The position numbers and the translations under genes are program-made. The notes under the pieces were generated by a model. That model saw only the letters and a list, made by a program, of their open reading frames with translations, was not told where the DNA came from and did no database searches. DNA of 64,000 bases from Haliotis rufescens (Eukaryota): assembly GCF_023055435.1 (NCBI RefSeq), contig NW_025964334.1:46066001-46130000 (forward strand). Direction: 5' to 3'. Every line of letters starts with the position of its first letter. Within the stretch, counting starts at the first letter, position 1. This document shows positions 26,437 to 37,769 of this stretch, in pieces.

Positions 26437-29400
26437 ATCACCAATCACCCGAACCCAATATTCGAAGGACTAAATATTTTTCAGTGGAACGCCAACGGAC
26501 TCACCTCCCACGGCCATGAACTAAAAACTAAATTTAAACTAAATAAAGGCCCTCACATTGCTTGTATACAGGAAACCAAATTCTCAAAAAAATCCAAATT
26601 CACACTACCTAACTACAACTCAGTTAGAACTGACAGAGCTAAACCGAAAACAAGAAGAGCCGCAGGAGGACTAATCATATTTATCAGGGAAGATATAAAT
26701 TACGAAGAAATAAAAATAGACACGCCAAACCTAGAAGCCAACGGCATTAAAATCACATTAAATAACCGAAACATAAACATCATAAATATTTACCACTGGG
26801 CGGAACAAAAAGTCCAACCTGAGGATCTAAACAAACTACTCCAAATAAGCGATAAATCTACTATATTCCTAGGAGACTTTAACGCTCACCATCCTACATG
26901 GAGCATAGGTGATAAAATAGATAGTCATGGCAAATTAATCTCCGAATGGATAGAAACAAACGACCTAGTACTCCTTAATAGCAACCAACCCACGAGGTAC
27001 GATCAGATAAACCAAAAAATGTCGGCTATCGACCTAACCATATGCACCGCAGATCTAGCCCAAAGTACTCAATGGGAAGTGCACGACGTCCCGCTAGGTA
27101 GTGACCACTTCCCCATAAACATAACTATAGGAAATACAAACGTACCAATCCAAACAGAAAACCAAGAACCAAAATTCCATTACAATGAAGCTAACTGGGA
27201 CCAATTCCAAGATATCTGCAACGAAGCTAACTTAAACGAAATAGAAAATAATGATCCAGAAACCTATTGTAAAAACCTAACAGACTATATAATAAACGCA
27301 GCCAAAACCTCCATCCCCTTCAAAACATCTAAGACAGGCAAACCGACGGTACCATGGTGGAATGAGGAAATAGAACAGACTAGACGAAAACGTAAATCAG
27401 CCTTCAATAAAGCAAAACGCGACTACAAATATTTAAACATAGCCCACGAACTAAACCACCAGGTTCAAAAACTAGTCCAAATAGCCAAAAGAAGAGACTG
27501 GAAAAAATTCTGCGAAGGTATAAATAACCGTACAGATGCCAGAATGGTCTGGCGCAAAATCCACGCCATTAGAGGCTTAAAACGACATAAGAAAACCCCT
27601 AACATTGACAACTCAACCAACCCCGCCCAAAAAGCAAATAATCTCGCCAACCACTTTTCGGCCGTTAGCAGTAACACCAACTTCAGTCAAAAATTCCAAG
27701 ATAAACTTAAAACAGAAAACAAACCCACAAAAGAACCAAACAATAACAATCTAGAAATAAATCAACCCTACACAATGGAGGAGCTCCTCTACGTAATCCA
27801 AAACAGGAAAAAGGGCACAGCCCCAGGATTAGACCTAACTTCTTACCAAATAATTAAAAAACTCCCCCTAAAACTACTCCAGGCACTACTCAAACTATAC
27901 AATCTCATCTACCTAAACGGACAGGTTCCTACTCCCTGGAAACAGGCCCTAGTCATACCAATCCCTAAACCTAATAAACCAGCTAATCAAGCTAACTCAT
28001 ATAGACCAATATCCCTAACTTCAAACTTATGTAAAGTAATGGAATCAATGGCTAAAAATAGATTACAACATTACTTAACCCAAAATAACATCATAAACCC
28101 AGATCAAAGCGGTTTCACTCCTGGCCGCTCAACCCTAGATAACCTCGCCCGACTAGAACAAGATATTAAGACAGGACAACTAAATAAACAATATACCACA
28201 GGCATCTTCTTAGACTTCTCTAAAGCCTTCGACATGGTATGGCACGATGGGCTAATACAAAAACTTAAAAAAATAGGACTCAAAGGTCAGATAATAAACT
28301 ACATCCAGGACTTCCTAAACAATCGTAAAATAACCGTGGGTATAGACCAAACTCTATCGGACCAATGTCCCCTAGAAAATGGTACTCCACAGGGCAGTAT
28401 CCTCAGCCCCACCCTCTTCAATATAATGATAAACGATCTATTCGAGGGCCTATCCCCTAAAGTAAACACATCAAAATTCGCGGATGATGGAGCCATCTGG
28501 ATCCGCACTAAAAGCATGAACATGGTCCAAAATTTACTCCAAAAATCTCTTAATAAAATACAACAATGGGCTGACAAATGGGGCTTCTCCCTTAACTCAG
28601 AAAAAACAACAGGAATAGTATTCAAACATAAAAACATGAAACCCGCCTCCCCAAGCCTCCAGCTAAACAACCAAACAATCAAATTTCAAAAACAAACCAA
28701 ATTCTTAGGACTTATTTTCGATGAACATCTCACCTGGGATGCTCACATCCAAAACCTAACAACTAAATGCAGTAAAGACCTAAACACCCTAAGATGCCTA
28801 ACTGGCTCTAACTGGGGAGCATCCAAAGATACCCTCCTCTCTCTCTACATATCACTAATTAGATCAAAACTAGACTACGGCTGCGCCATATACAACACCC
28901 TAAACAACTCTCTATCTAAAAAACTTGACTCAATACAATATCAGGCTCTCAAACTAATTACACGCACCCAACATGGCACCTCCTACACCTCACTTCAGGC
29001 CTTAACAGGAGAAATGCCACTAAATCTACGCAGGGAACAGCTAAGCTTAAATTTCTGGGCCGCGTCCCAATCAAACCCTCTCATCCAAAACTTAATAAAC
29101 CAAAACATCAGCCCCAAAAACCAAGCTCTAGCTCGTAAACACCCCTTACTTACCCCAATATCCCAAAGAATAACAAACTACCTAAATGAACACCAAATTA
29201 AAAATCTTAAACAAAACTGCAAACAATCAAATATCTTCACCCCTAAACTTAAAATACCCAAAATAGACACAACACTAGCTAGCCAAATAAATAAACAAAC
29301 CGACCCAAACATAGCTAAAACTACCACACTAGCATACATACACGAAAATTGGCCAAATTGGTGTCACATTTACACGGACGGATCCTCAGATCCGACCTCC

Positions 29401-30219
29401 AAACACACAGGTTTCGGAGTCCATACCACACAACCAACTAAAACCACACAATCCTTCCGACTCCCAAACAACCAATCAATATTCACGGCAGAACTAATGG
29501 GCATGGCCTCAGCCCTCCATAATCAAGAATCCAAAAACCACAAAAAAATCCTAATACTTACCGACTCCCTAAGTGGACTGCAAGCCCTCCAAAACAAAAA
29601 TACCAAAAACCGACCTAAATTAATAAATCAAATACTTAAAAGCTCCAACGACCTAACTAAGGCAGGCAAACAAATAACCTTCTTGTGGATACCCGCCCAC
29701 GTAGGAATATACGGTAATGAAAACGCCGATAAAGCAGCTAAACTATCCCTCAAAATCCCAGAAATAAGCTTAAACTTACCTATCTCAAAATCAGAAATTA
29801 AAAGTGTAAACAAGCAAAAAATCACAAAAAAATGGCATAACCTATATCTAAAATCAAATAGCCAAATCAAAAAAGTGCTCAGCAAACCACTAACCAAACC
29901 AAAAATTCTCCATCCATCCAAAAAAATCGACAGAGTAATCACTAAACTCCAAACAGGACACACCAACCTAAATAACCACCTAAAAAAAATTAAAAAACAC
30001 ACTTCAGGTAACTGCCCACACTGCAAACAACCAGAAACCCCAGAACACGCACTCATCCACTGCACACACTACCTAACACATCGAACCGCATTACAAACCA
30101 CCCTCAATCTAAACAAGGCTCTAACTCTAGAAGCAATACTAAACCCACAAAATAAACTAGAAAACTTCAAGGCCTTAGGCGTATTCTTAATAAAAACGGA
30201 ACTAATAAAACGCATCTAA
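26437..30219 (+). CDS. LINE ORF2: AP endonuclease, reverse transcriptase, RNase H and C-terminal CCHC (about 1260 codons, non-AUG start)
   Basis: The frame is open from 26437 (after TAA 26434-26436). APE motifs NIFQWNANGL, CIQETK, GGLIIF, LGDFNAHH, IDLT, SDHFPI; RT motifs YRPISLTS, FLDFSKAFD, GTPQGSILSP, FADD; RNase H motifs YTDGS, TAEL, TDS, WIPAHVGIYGNENAD; C-terminal CPHC...EHALIHC. The ORF track start at 27019 truncates the endonuclease. Confidence 0.95.
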   Translation: MTNHPNPIFEGLNIFQWNANGLTSHGHELKTKFKLNKGPHIACIQETKFSKKSKFTLPNYNSVRTDRAKPKTRRAAGGLIIFIREDINYEEIKIDTPNLEANGIKITLNNRNINIINIYHWAEQKVQPEDLNKLLQISDKSTIFLGDFNAHHPTWSIGDKIDSHGKLISEWIETNDLVLLNSNQPTRYDQINQKMSAIDLTICTADLAQSTQWEVHDVPLGSDHFPINITIGNTNVPIQTENQEPKFHYNEANWDQFQDICNEANLNEIENNDPETYCKNLTDYIINAAKTSIPFKTSKTGKPTVPWWNEEIEQTRRKRKSAFNKAKRDYKYLNIAHELNHQVQKLVQIAKRRDWKKFCEGINNRTDARMVWRKIHAIRGLKRHKKTPNIDNSTNPAQKANNLANHFSAVSSNTNFSQKFQDKLKTENKPTKEPNNNNLEINQPYTMEELLYVIQNRKKGTAPGLDLTSYQIIKKLPLKLLQALLKLYNLIYLNGQVPTPWKQALVIPIPKPNKPANQANSYRPISLTSNLCKVMESMAKNRLQHYLTQNNIINPDQSGFTPGRSTLDNLARLEQDIKTGQLNKQYTTGIFLDFSKAFDMVWHDGLIQKLKKIGLKGQIINYIQDFLNNRKITVGIDQTLSDQCPLENGTPQGSILSPTLFNIMINDLFEGLSPKVNTSKFADDGAIWIRTKSMNMVQNLLQKSLNKIQQWADKWGFSLNSEKTTGIVFKHKNMKPASPSLQLNNQTIKFQKQTKFLGLIFDEHLTWDAHIQNLTTKCSKDLNTLRCLTGSNWGASKDTLLSLYISLIRSKLDYGCAIYNTLNNSLSKKLDSIQYQALKLITRTQHGTSYTSLQALTGEMPLNLRREQLSLNFWAASQSNPLIQNLINQNISPKNQALARKHPLLTPISQRITNYLNEHQIKNLKQNCKQSNIFTPKLKIPKIDTTLASQINKQTDPNIAKTTTLAYIHENWPNWCHIYTDGSSDPTSKHTGFGVHTTQPTKTTQSFRLPNNQSIFTAELMGMASALHNQESKNHKKILILTDSLSGLQALQNKNTKNRPKLINQILKSSNDLTKAGKQITFLWIPAHVGIYGNENADKAAKLSLKIPEISLNLPISKSEIKSVNKQKITKKWHNLYLKSNSQIKKVLSKPLTKPKILHPSKKIDRVITKLQTGHTNLNNHLKKIKKHTSGNCPHCKQPETPEHALIHCTHYLTHRTALQTTLNLNKALTLEAILNPQNKLENFKALGVFLIKTELIKRI

Positions 30220-30496
30220 AAACACAATAACCTACCAAATCAAAATCACATAACCAAACAAACATCCACCATACCCAGCTCCCTTAGTTCTCCTCCCCAA
30301 TCCCATCGGCATCTATTCCAAATCTCAAAATTCCCAAATTCTATATAAGCAACCCCTAAAACCCCCCTCTTGGGTTGCACAGACCACCTTCGCCCCTTTC
30401 GGAAACACATTAAATGGCCTGGCCGGGCCCGTGTGCGAAATACGCATCAGTCGGAAAGCGCACGTTAAATCTCCAAAGTAAGTAAGTAAGTAAGTA

Positions 30497-31295
30497 AGGA
30501 ACACCTGAATACCTCGGTGCGGTAGATCTCACTCGTCTCTTACACAAACACTGTTGAATGCCGAATGTACCACCGAGTCCGGGAACACCTGAATACCTCG
30601 GTGCGGTAGATCTCACTCGTCTCTTACACAAACACTGTTGAATGCCGAATGTACCACCGAGTCCGGGAACACCTGAATACCTCGGTGAGGTGGATCTCAC
30701 TCGTCTCTGAGATGTACACAAAACACTGTTGAATGCCGAATGTACCACCGAGTCTAGGAACACCTGAATACCTCGGTGAGGTGGATCTCACTCGTCTCTG
30801 AGATGTACACAAAACACTGTTGAATGCCGAATGTACCACCGAGTCTAGGAACACCTGAGTACCTCGGTGAGGTGGATCTCACTCGTCTCTTGGATGTACA
30901 CAAAACACTGTTGAATGCCGAATGTACCACCGAGTCTAGGAACACCTGAATACCTCGGTGAGGTGGATCTCACACGTCTCTTGGATGTACACAAAACACT
31001 GTTGAATGCCGAATGTACCACCGAGTCTAGGAACACCTGAATACCTCGGTGAGGTGGATCTCACACGTCTCTTGGATGTACACAAAACACTGTTGAATGC
31101 CGAATGTACCACCGAGTCTAGGAACACCTGAATACCTCGGTGAGGTGGATCTCACACGTCTCTTGGATGTACACAAAACACTGTTGAATGCCGAATGTAC
31201 CACCGAGTCTAGGAACGCCTGAGTACCTCGGTGAGGTGGATCTCACTCGTCTCTTACACAAACACTGTTGAATGCCGAATGTACCACCGAGTCTA
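30497..31295. repeat. 84/91-bp minisatellite, right arm (about 9 copies)
   Basis: Same unit as 23881-24210. The 91-bp variant has ctcttggatgtacacaaaacactg in place of ctcttacacaaacactg. Confidence 0.97.
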
Positions 31296-31354
31296 GTCTT
31301 ACTGTTGAGGTAAATTGTAGAACTTCTGACTAACGGCAGTCTATTCAAAGTCAA

Positions 31355-31501
31355 GGCGGTGGGGTAGCCTAGTGGTTAAAGCGTGCGCTCGCCCCATCGA
31401 AGGCCCGGGTTCGATTCCCCACATGGGTACATGGTGTGCCCCGCCATGATATTGCTGGAATATTGCTAAAAGCGGCGTAAAAACATACTCACTCACTCAC
31501 T
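31355..31501 (+). mobile_element. tRNA-derived SINE with (ACTC)n tail
   Basis: A box TAGCCTAGTGG, B box GGTTCGATTCC, tail gctaaaagcggcgtaaaaacatactcactcactcact. Flanked by ttcaaagt at 31344-31351 and 31503-31510 (probable TSD). Confidence 0.9.
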
Positions 31502-32094
31502 TTTCAAAGTTGAAAGGACATTAAAATGGATCCGTGAGCGAGTAGAATGGTGAATGAAGAGACCAATGCTAAGCACGAGTGTTGACATGCAAGACGGGTG
31601 CTGCTTGAAGGATGACATGACAAGGGTGGATCCAGCATTTTTAAAAAGGAGGGGTCCAAAATATCAAAATCCTCTCCAAGATAATGTTACTGTTTTCAAA
31701 ACCACCAATGTCCATTTCTATCATTTGGGCGTGTTTGAGATGTTTTAAAGAATGGTCTTATGGTAGGTAAGAAGAAAGTCTGCTCTGTCGATGCTATGTT
31801 GCTTCAGCGACTCTGATTTTGTTCATAAATGCCGCCAGCAAACGTCTGTTGTTGACACATCCTCCATCCTGTATGTTGCTGTGAAAGCAAACACTACCAG
31901 CTGAACAACTTATTCACATGAGTTATTATGAGTATTATGTTGTATTCATATCTATGCAGTATTCATCAAACTATACAGAGAAAGTAAAAACACATTTCAC
32001 CAACGTTGATTTTGGTTGGGTTTTTTTCAAAGCAACTTGGTTGTTGTGCTAACTGTCCTGATTGAATTATGTCCACTCTCCACTATCAGTGATG

Positions 32095-35000
32095 GAGAGT
32101 ATCACAGAGGGGGACACGGGATTGAGAGTATCACAAAGGGGGACACGGGATTGAGAATATCACAGAGGGGGACACGAGATTGAGAGTATCACAGAGGGGA
32201 CACGGGATTGAGAGTATCACAAAGGAGGACACGGGATTGAGAATATCACAGAGGGGGACACGGGATTGACAATAGCACAGAGGGTGACACGGGATTGACA
32301 ATAGCACAGAGGGGGACACGAGATTGACAATAGCACAGAGGGTGACACGGGATTGACAATAGCACAGAGGGGGACACGAGATTGAGAGTATCACAAAGGG
32401 TGACACGGGATTGAGAGTATCACAGAAGGGGACACGGGATTGACAATAGCACAGAGGGTGACACGGGATTGAGAATATCACAGAGGGGGACACGGGATTG
32501 ACAATAGCACAGAGGGTGACACGGGATTGAGAATATCACAGAGGGGGACACGGGATTGAGAATATCACAGAGGGGGACACGAGATTGACAATAGCACAGA
32601 GGGTGACACGGGATTGAGAATATCACAGAGGGGGACACGGGATTGACAATAGCACAGAGGGTGACACGGAATTGAGAATATCACAGAGGGGGACACGAGA
32701 TTGAGAGTATCACAGAGGGTGACACGGGATTGAGAGTATCACAGAAGGGGACACGGGATTGACAATAGCACAGAGGGTGACACGGGATTGAGAGTATCAC
32801 AAAGGGGGACACGGGATTGAGAGTATCACAGAGGGGGACACGGGATTGAGAGTATCACAAAGGGGGACACGGGATTGAGAATATCACAGAGGGGGACACG
32901 AGATTGAGAGTATCACAGAGGGGGACACGGGATTGAGAGTATCACAGAGGGTGACACGGGATTGAGAGTATCACAGAGGGTGACACGGGATTGACAATAG
33001 CACAGAGGGTGACACGGGATTGAGAGTATCACAAAGGGGGACACGGGATTGAGAGTATCACAGAGGGGGACACGGGATTGAGAGTATCACAGAGGGGGAC
33101 ACGGGATTGAGAATATCACAGAGGGGGACACGGGATTGAGAGTATCACAGAGGGTGACACGGGATTGAGAGTATCACAGAGGGTGACACGGGATTGACAA
33201 TAGCACAGAGGGTGACACGGGATTGAGAGTATCACAGAGGGTGACACGGGATTGACAATAGCACAGAGGGTGACACGGGATTGAGAGTATCACAAAGGGG
33301 GACACGGGATTGAGAGTATCACAGAGGGGGACACGGGATTGAGAGTATCACAGAGGGTGACACGGGATTGAGAGTATCACAGAGGGGGACACGGGATTGA
33401 GAATATCACAGAGGGGATACGGGATTGAGAGTATCACAAAGGGGGACACGGGATTGAGAATATCACAGAGGCTGACACGGGATTGAGAGTATCACAGAGG
33501 GTGACACGGGATTGAGAATAGCACAGAGGGGGACACGGGATTGAGAATATCACAGAGGGTGACACGGGATTGAGAATAGCACAGAGGGTGACACGGGATT
33601 GAGAATATCACAGAGGGTGACACGGGATTGAGAATATCACAGAGGGTGACACGGGATTGAGAATAGCACAGAGGGTGACACGGGATTGAGAATATCACAG
33701 AGGGTGACACGGGATTGAGAATAGCACAGAGGGTGACACGGGATTGAGAATATCACAGAGGGTGACACGGGATTGAGAATAGCACAGAGGGGGACACGGG
33801 ATTGAGAATAGCACAGAGGGGGACACGGGATTGAGAGTATCACAGAGGGTGACACGGGATTGAGAGCATCACAGAGGGGACACGGGATTGAGAGTATCAC
33901 AGAGGGTGACACGGGATTGAGAGTATCACAGAGGGGGACACGGGATTGAGAGTATCACAGAGGGTGACACGGGATTGAGAGTATCACAGAGGGGGACACG
34001 GGATTGAGAGTATCACAGAGGGTGACACGGGATTGAGAGTATCACAGAGGGTGACACGGGATTGAGAGCATCACAGAGGGTGACACGGGATATAGAGTAT
34101 CACAGAGGGTGACACGGGATTGAGAGCATCACAGAGGGTGACACGGGATATAGAGTATCACAGAGGGTGACACGGGATATAGAGTATCACAGAGGTTGAC
34201 ACGGGATTGAGAGTATCACAGAGGGGGACACGGGATTGAGAGTATCACAGAGGGGGACACGAGATTGAGAATATCACAGAGGGGGACACGAGATTGAGAG
34301 TATCACAGAGGGGGACACGAGATTGAGAGTATCACAGAGGGGGACACGAGATTGAGAATATCACAGAGGGGGACACGAGATTGAGAGTATCACAGAGGGG
34401 GACACGGGATTGAGAATAGCACAGAGGGTGACACGGGATTGAGAGTATCACAGAGGGGGACACGGGATTGAGAGTATCATAGAGGGTGACACGGGATTGA
34501 GAGCATCACAGAGGGTGACACGGGATTGAGAGCATCACAGAAGGGGACACGGGATTGAGAGCATCACAGAGGGTGACACGGGATTGAGAATAGCACAGAG
34601 GGTGACACGGGATTGAGAATATCACAGAGGGTGACACGGGATTGAGAATAGCACAGAGGGGGACACGGGATTGAGAATAGCACAGAGGGGGACACGGGAT
34701 TGAGAGTATCACAGAGGGTGACACGGGATTGAGAGCATCACAGAGGGGACACGGGATTGAGAGTATCACAGAGGGTGACACGGGATTGAGAGTATCACAG
34801 AGGGGGACACGGGATTGAGAGTATCACAGAGGGTGACACGGGATTGAGAGTATCACAGAGGGGGACACGGGATTGAGAGTATCACAGAGGGGGACACGGG
34901 ATTGAGAGTATCACAGAGGGTGACACGGGATTGAGAGCATCACAGAGGGTGACACGGGATATAGAGTATCACAGAGGGTGACACGGGATTGAGAGCATCA

Positions 35001-35857
35001 CAGAGGGTGACACGGGATATAGAGTATCACAGAGGGTGACACGGGATATAGAGTATCACAGAGGTTGACACGGGATTGAGAGTATCACAGAGGGGGACAC
35101 GGGATTGAGAGTATCACAGAGGGGGACACGAGATTGAGAATATCACAGAGGGGGACACGAGATTGAGAGTATCACAGAGGGGGACACGAGATTGAGAGTA
35201 TCACAGAGGGGGACACGAGATTGAGAATATCACAGAGGGGGACACGAGATTGAGAGTATCACAGAGGGGGACACGGGATTGAGAATAGCACAGAGGGTGA
35301 CACGGGATTGAGAGTATCACAGAGGGGGACACGGGATTGAGAGTATCATAGAGGGTGACACGGGATTGAGAGCATCACAGAGGGTGACACGGGATTGAGA
35401 GCATCACAGAAGGGGACACGGGATTGAGAGCATCACAGAGGGTGACACGGGATTGAGAGTATCACAGAGGGGGACACGGGATTGAGAATAGCACAGAGGG
35501 GGACACGGGATTGAGAATATCACAGAGGGGGACACGGGATTGAGAGTATCCCAGAGGGGACACGGGATTGAGAATATCACAGAGGGGGACACGGGATTGA
35601 GTGCATCACAGAGGGGACACGGGATTGAGAATATCACAGAGGGGGACACGGGATTGAGAATATCACAGAGGGGGACACGGGATTGAGAGTATCACAGAGG
35701 GGGACACGGGATTGAGAGTATCACAGAGGGGGACACGGGATTGAGAGCACCACAGAGGGTGACACGGGATTGAGAGTATCACAGAGGGGGACACAGGATT
35801 GAGAATATCACAGAGGGGGACACGGGATTGAAAGTAGCACAGAGGGTGACACGGGAT
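32095..35857. repeat. 29-bp minisatellite, about 130 copies, with an 869-bp higher-order duplication
   Basis: Unit gagagtatcacagagggggacacgggatt. Diagnostic variants (gggatatagag at 34081 and 34950) recur 869 bp apart. Confidence 0.97.
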
Positions 35858-36400
35858 CCTGGGTGTGCATGTCGGTTTGGGATTGAGGATCCTGAAATAT
35901 ATACCCGTGGGATGCTAAAGAATAGGGAAGGAATGTCTGGCAGATAGATGGAAGATCGGTGATAGTAATGTATACACAACATGTAAGTCAACTGCAGTAC
36001 ATTTGTGTTAAAAAAGTGTTGATGTTAAGGGAAAATGATAGTTATCACTGTCAGGCTTGTATTATTAATGCGGATAACAAATCGGAGAAACTTGGCATCT
36101 TGATCCGATAAATATGCAAATTAGTTCGCCCAGCAGGAACTACTTTTGGACATAAGTTTATATAATCTGAATGAAGATTAGAAAAACAGCACATGCCATA
36201 TGGTATATTTTTTGCAAATCTATTCTTCACATTTAACACTGTCACTATGTTCAGGAGCCATCTGTATCTAGTTTATGTTTATAACGCCACAGCCATCGTA
36301 TATTGGTGTTTCCGGTGTGCGTGCCCTCGAACTGCGTTCCGCATAACCGGGATCATCATATATTTCAACATTCTGCACAGCCATACTCATATCACCTTGA

Positions 36401-36830
36401 ACCGCCTCAGTGGTCTGGTGGTAGTGCGTCCGCCCGGAGAGCGGAAGGTCCGGGTTCGATCCCCGGCCGCGTNNNNNNNNNNNNNNNNNNNNNNNNNNNN
36501 NNNNNNNNNNNNNNNNNNNNNNNNNNNNNNNNNNNNNNNNNNNNNNNNNNNNNNNNNNNNNNNNNNNNNNNNNNNNNNNNNNNNNNNNNNNNNNNNNNNN
36601 NNNNNNNNNNNNNNNNNNNNNNNNNNNNNNNNNNNNNNNNNNNNNNNNNNNNNNNNNNNNNNNNNNNNNNNNNNNNNNNNNNNNNNNNNNNNNNNNNNNN
36701 NNNNNNNNNNNNNNNNNNNNNNNNNGCACGCTCGCACGCACGCTCGCACGCACGCACGCACGCACGCACGCACGTCGCTATATAAATGCAATTATCTCTA
36801 ACGCGACGTTTAAACCCCATTTCACCTCAC
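36401..36830 (+). mobile_element. tRNA-derived SINE (third family) spanning an assembly gap, with internal (GCAC)n and 15-bp TSD
   Basis: A box TGGTCTGGTGG, B box GGTTCGATCCC, tail aacgcgacgtttaaaccccatttcacctcacc. TSD ctcatatcaccttga at 36386-36400 and 36831-36845. Confidence 0.85.
36473..36725. other. Assembly gap (253 N)
   Basis: Run of n. Confidence 1.
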
Positions 36831-37507
36831 CTCATATCACCTTGATAAACAACTTCGAAGAATGTAACATAAAACACAATTATTGGTTGTATTGCAGAAA
36901 TCAAAGAATCCATGGCACTGCTAGTTGTATATTAACTAACAAAAACTAAAACCAATGTAATCATGGCTTAAAAGCGGCATCTATATTTTAGTTGGGAGAG
37001 GATGGAGGATGTAAGTTGGGGAGGGTGCCATTTGGTGCAGGAGTCCGCTTGACCCCGATCCTTACACGCTATTAGGACAAGTACGTCCCAACCGGCGTGT
37101 TTCCAAGTAAATGCTGTTGACAGGAATTCGGCAATATCCTTCAATGACAGCATGAACATTCAACCAGGATTCTGTGCTGTCTGTACTTTTAATAAACTAT
37201 GTCCAACATATGTAATGTATAGGAGTAGGGTAAAAACAGCGGAATTTACATATTTCAGAAACATATATATATAGAAGTATAAGAAGCTCAGTGATTAACA
37301 TACGACTTTCCTTAAGTAATCATTGTGTCAGTCATTTGGGTTTAACGCTTCTAAATATGTCAGTTATACCGCGGCGTGTCATATTATTGTTAAAATCCGA
37401 AGTGATACCAAATGTATAAAACTTTGTATAGCTCTGACTTAAATATAGAAATTATTGTAATGCATAGCCATCTTTCGTCTATATAGCGACTGGTAATTCG
37501 CCCCTGA

Positions 37508-37765
37508 CCACGTGACTGTATGCCGTCTGGCCGTAGGCCACGTGACTGCATGCACTGTGAAACCTGGCTGCATGCAGACCACGTGACTGCATGTACACTG
37601 AACTTGGCTGTGGGTCACAAGTCTTTATGCATTGTGAAATCTGGCCGTAGACCACGTCACTGTATGCACTGTGAAATCTGGCCGTAGACCACGTGACTGT
37701 ATGCACTGTGAAACCTGGCTGCAGACGACGGGACTGCATGTACAGTGTAACCTGGCTGCAGACCA
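37508..37765. repeat. Degenerate tandem repeat of about 39 bp containing CACGTG
   Basis: tggccgtagaccacgtgactgtatgcactgtgaaacc variants, about 6 copies. Confidence 0.85.
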
Positions 37766-37769
37766 GCTC

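Larger units (their letters stand above)
24211..30498 (+). mobile_element. Apparently intact non-LTR retrotransposon of the I group (I/Nimb-like), about 6.3 kb
   Basis: Two ORFs (CCHC gag-like; APE-RT-RNase H-CCHC), about 565-nt 5' UTR, about 260-nt 3' UTR and (AAGT)5AAG tail at 30476-30498. Breaks the repeat unit at ccgagtccAGG / AGGaacacctg. Confidence 0.95.

Noticed and set aside
24211-30400. Scattered CCCTAA as telomeric repeats, or a mitochondrial insertion suggested by the C/A skew
   Set aside because: The hexamers are never tandem and follow from base composition; the ORFs are clearly LINE proteins in the standard code.
31355-31430. Possible genuine tRNA genes (also 15516 and 36401)
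   Set aside because: No complete cloverleaf; each continues into a SINE body and tail and is flanked by a TSD.
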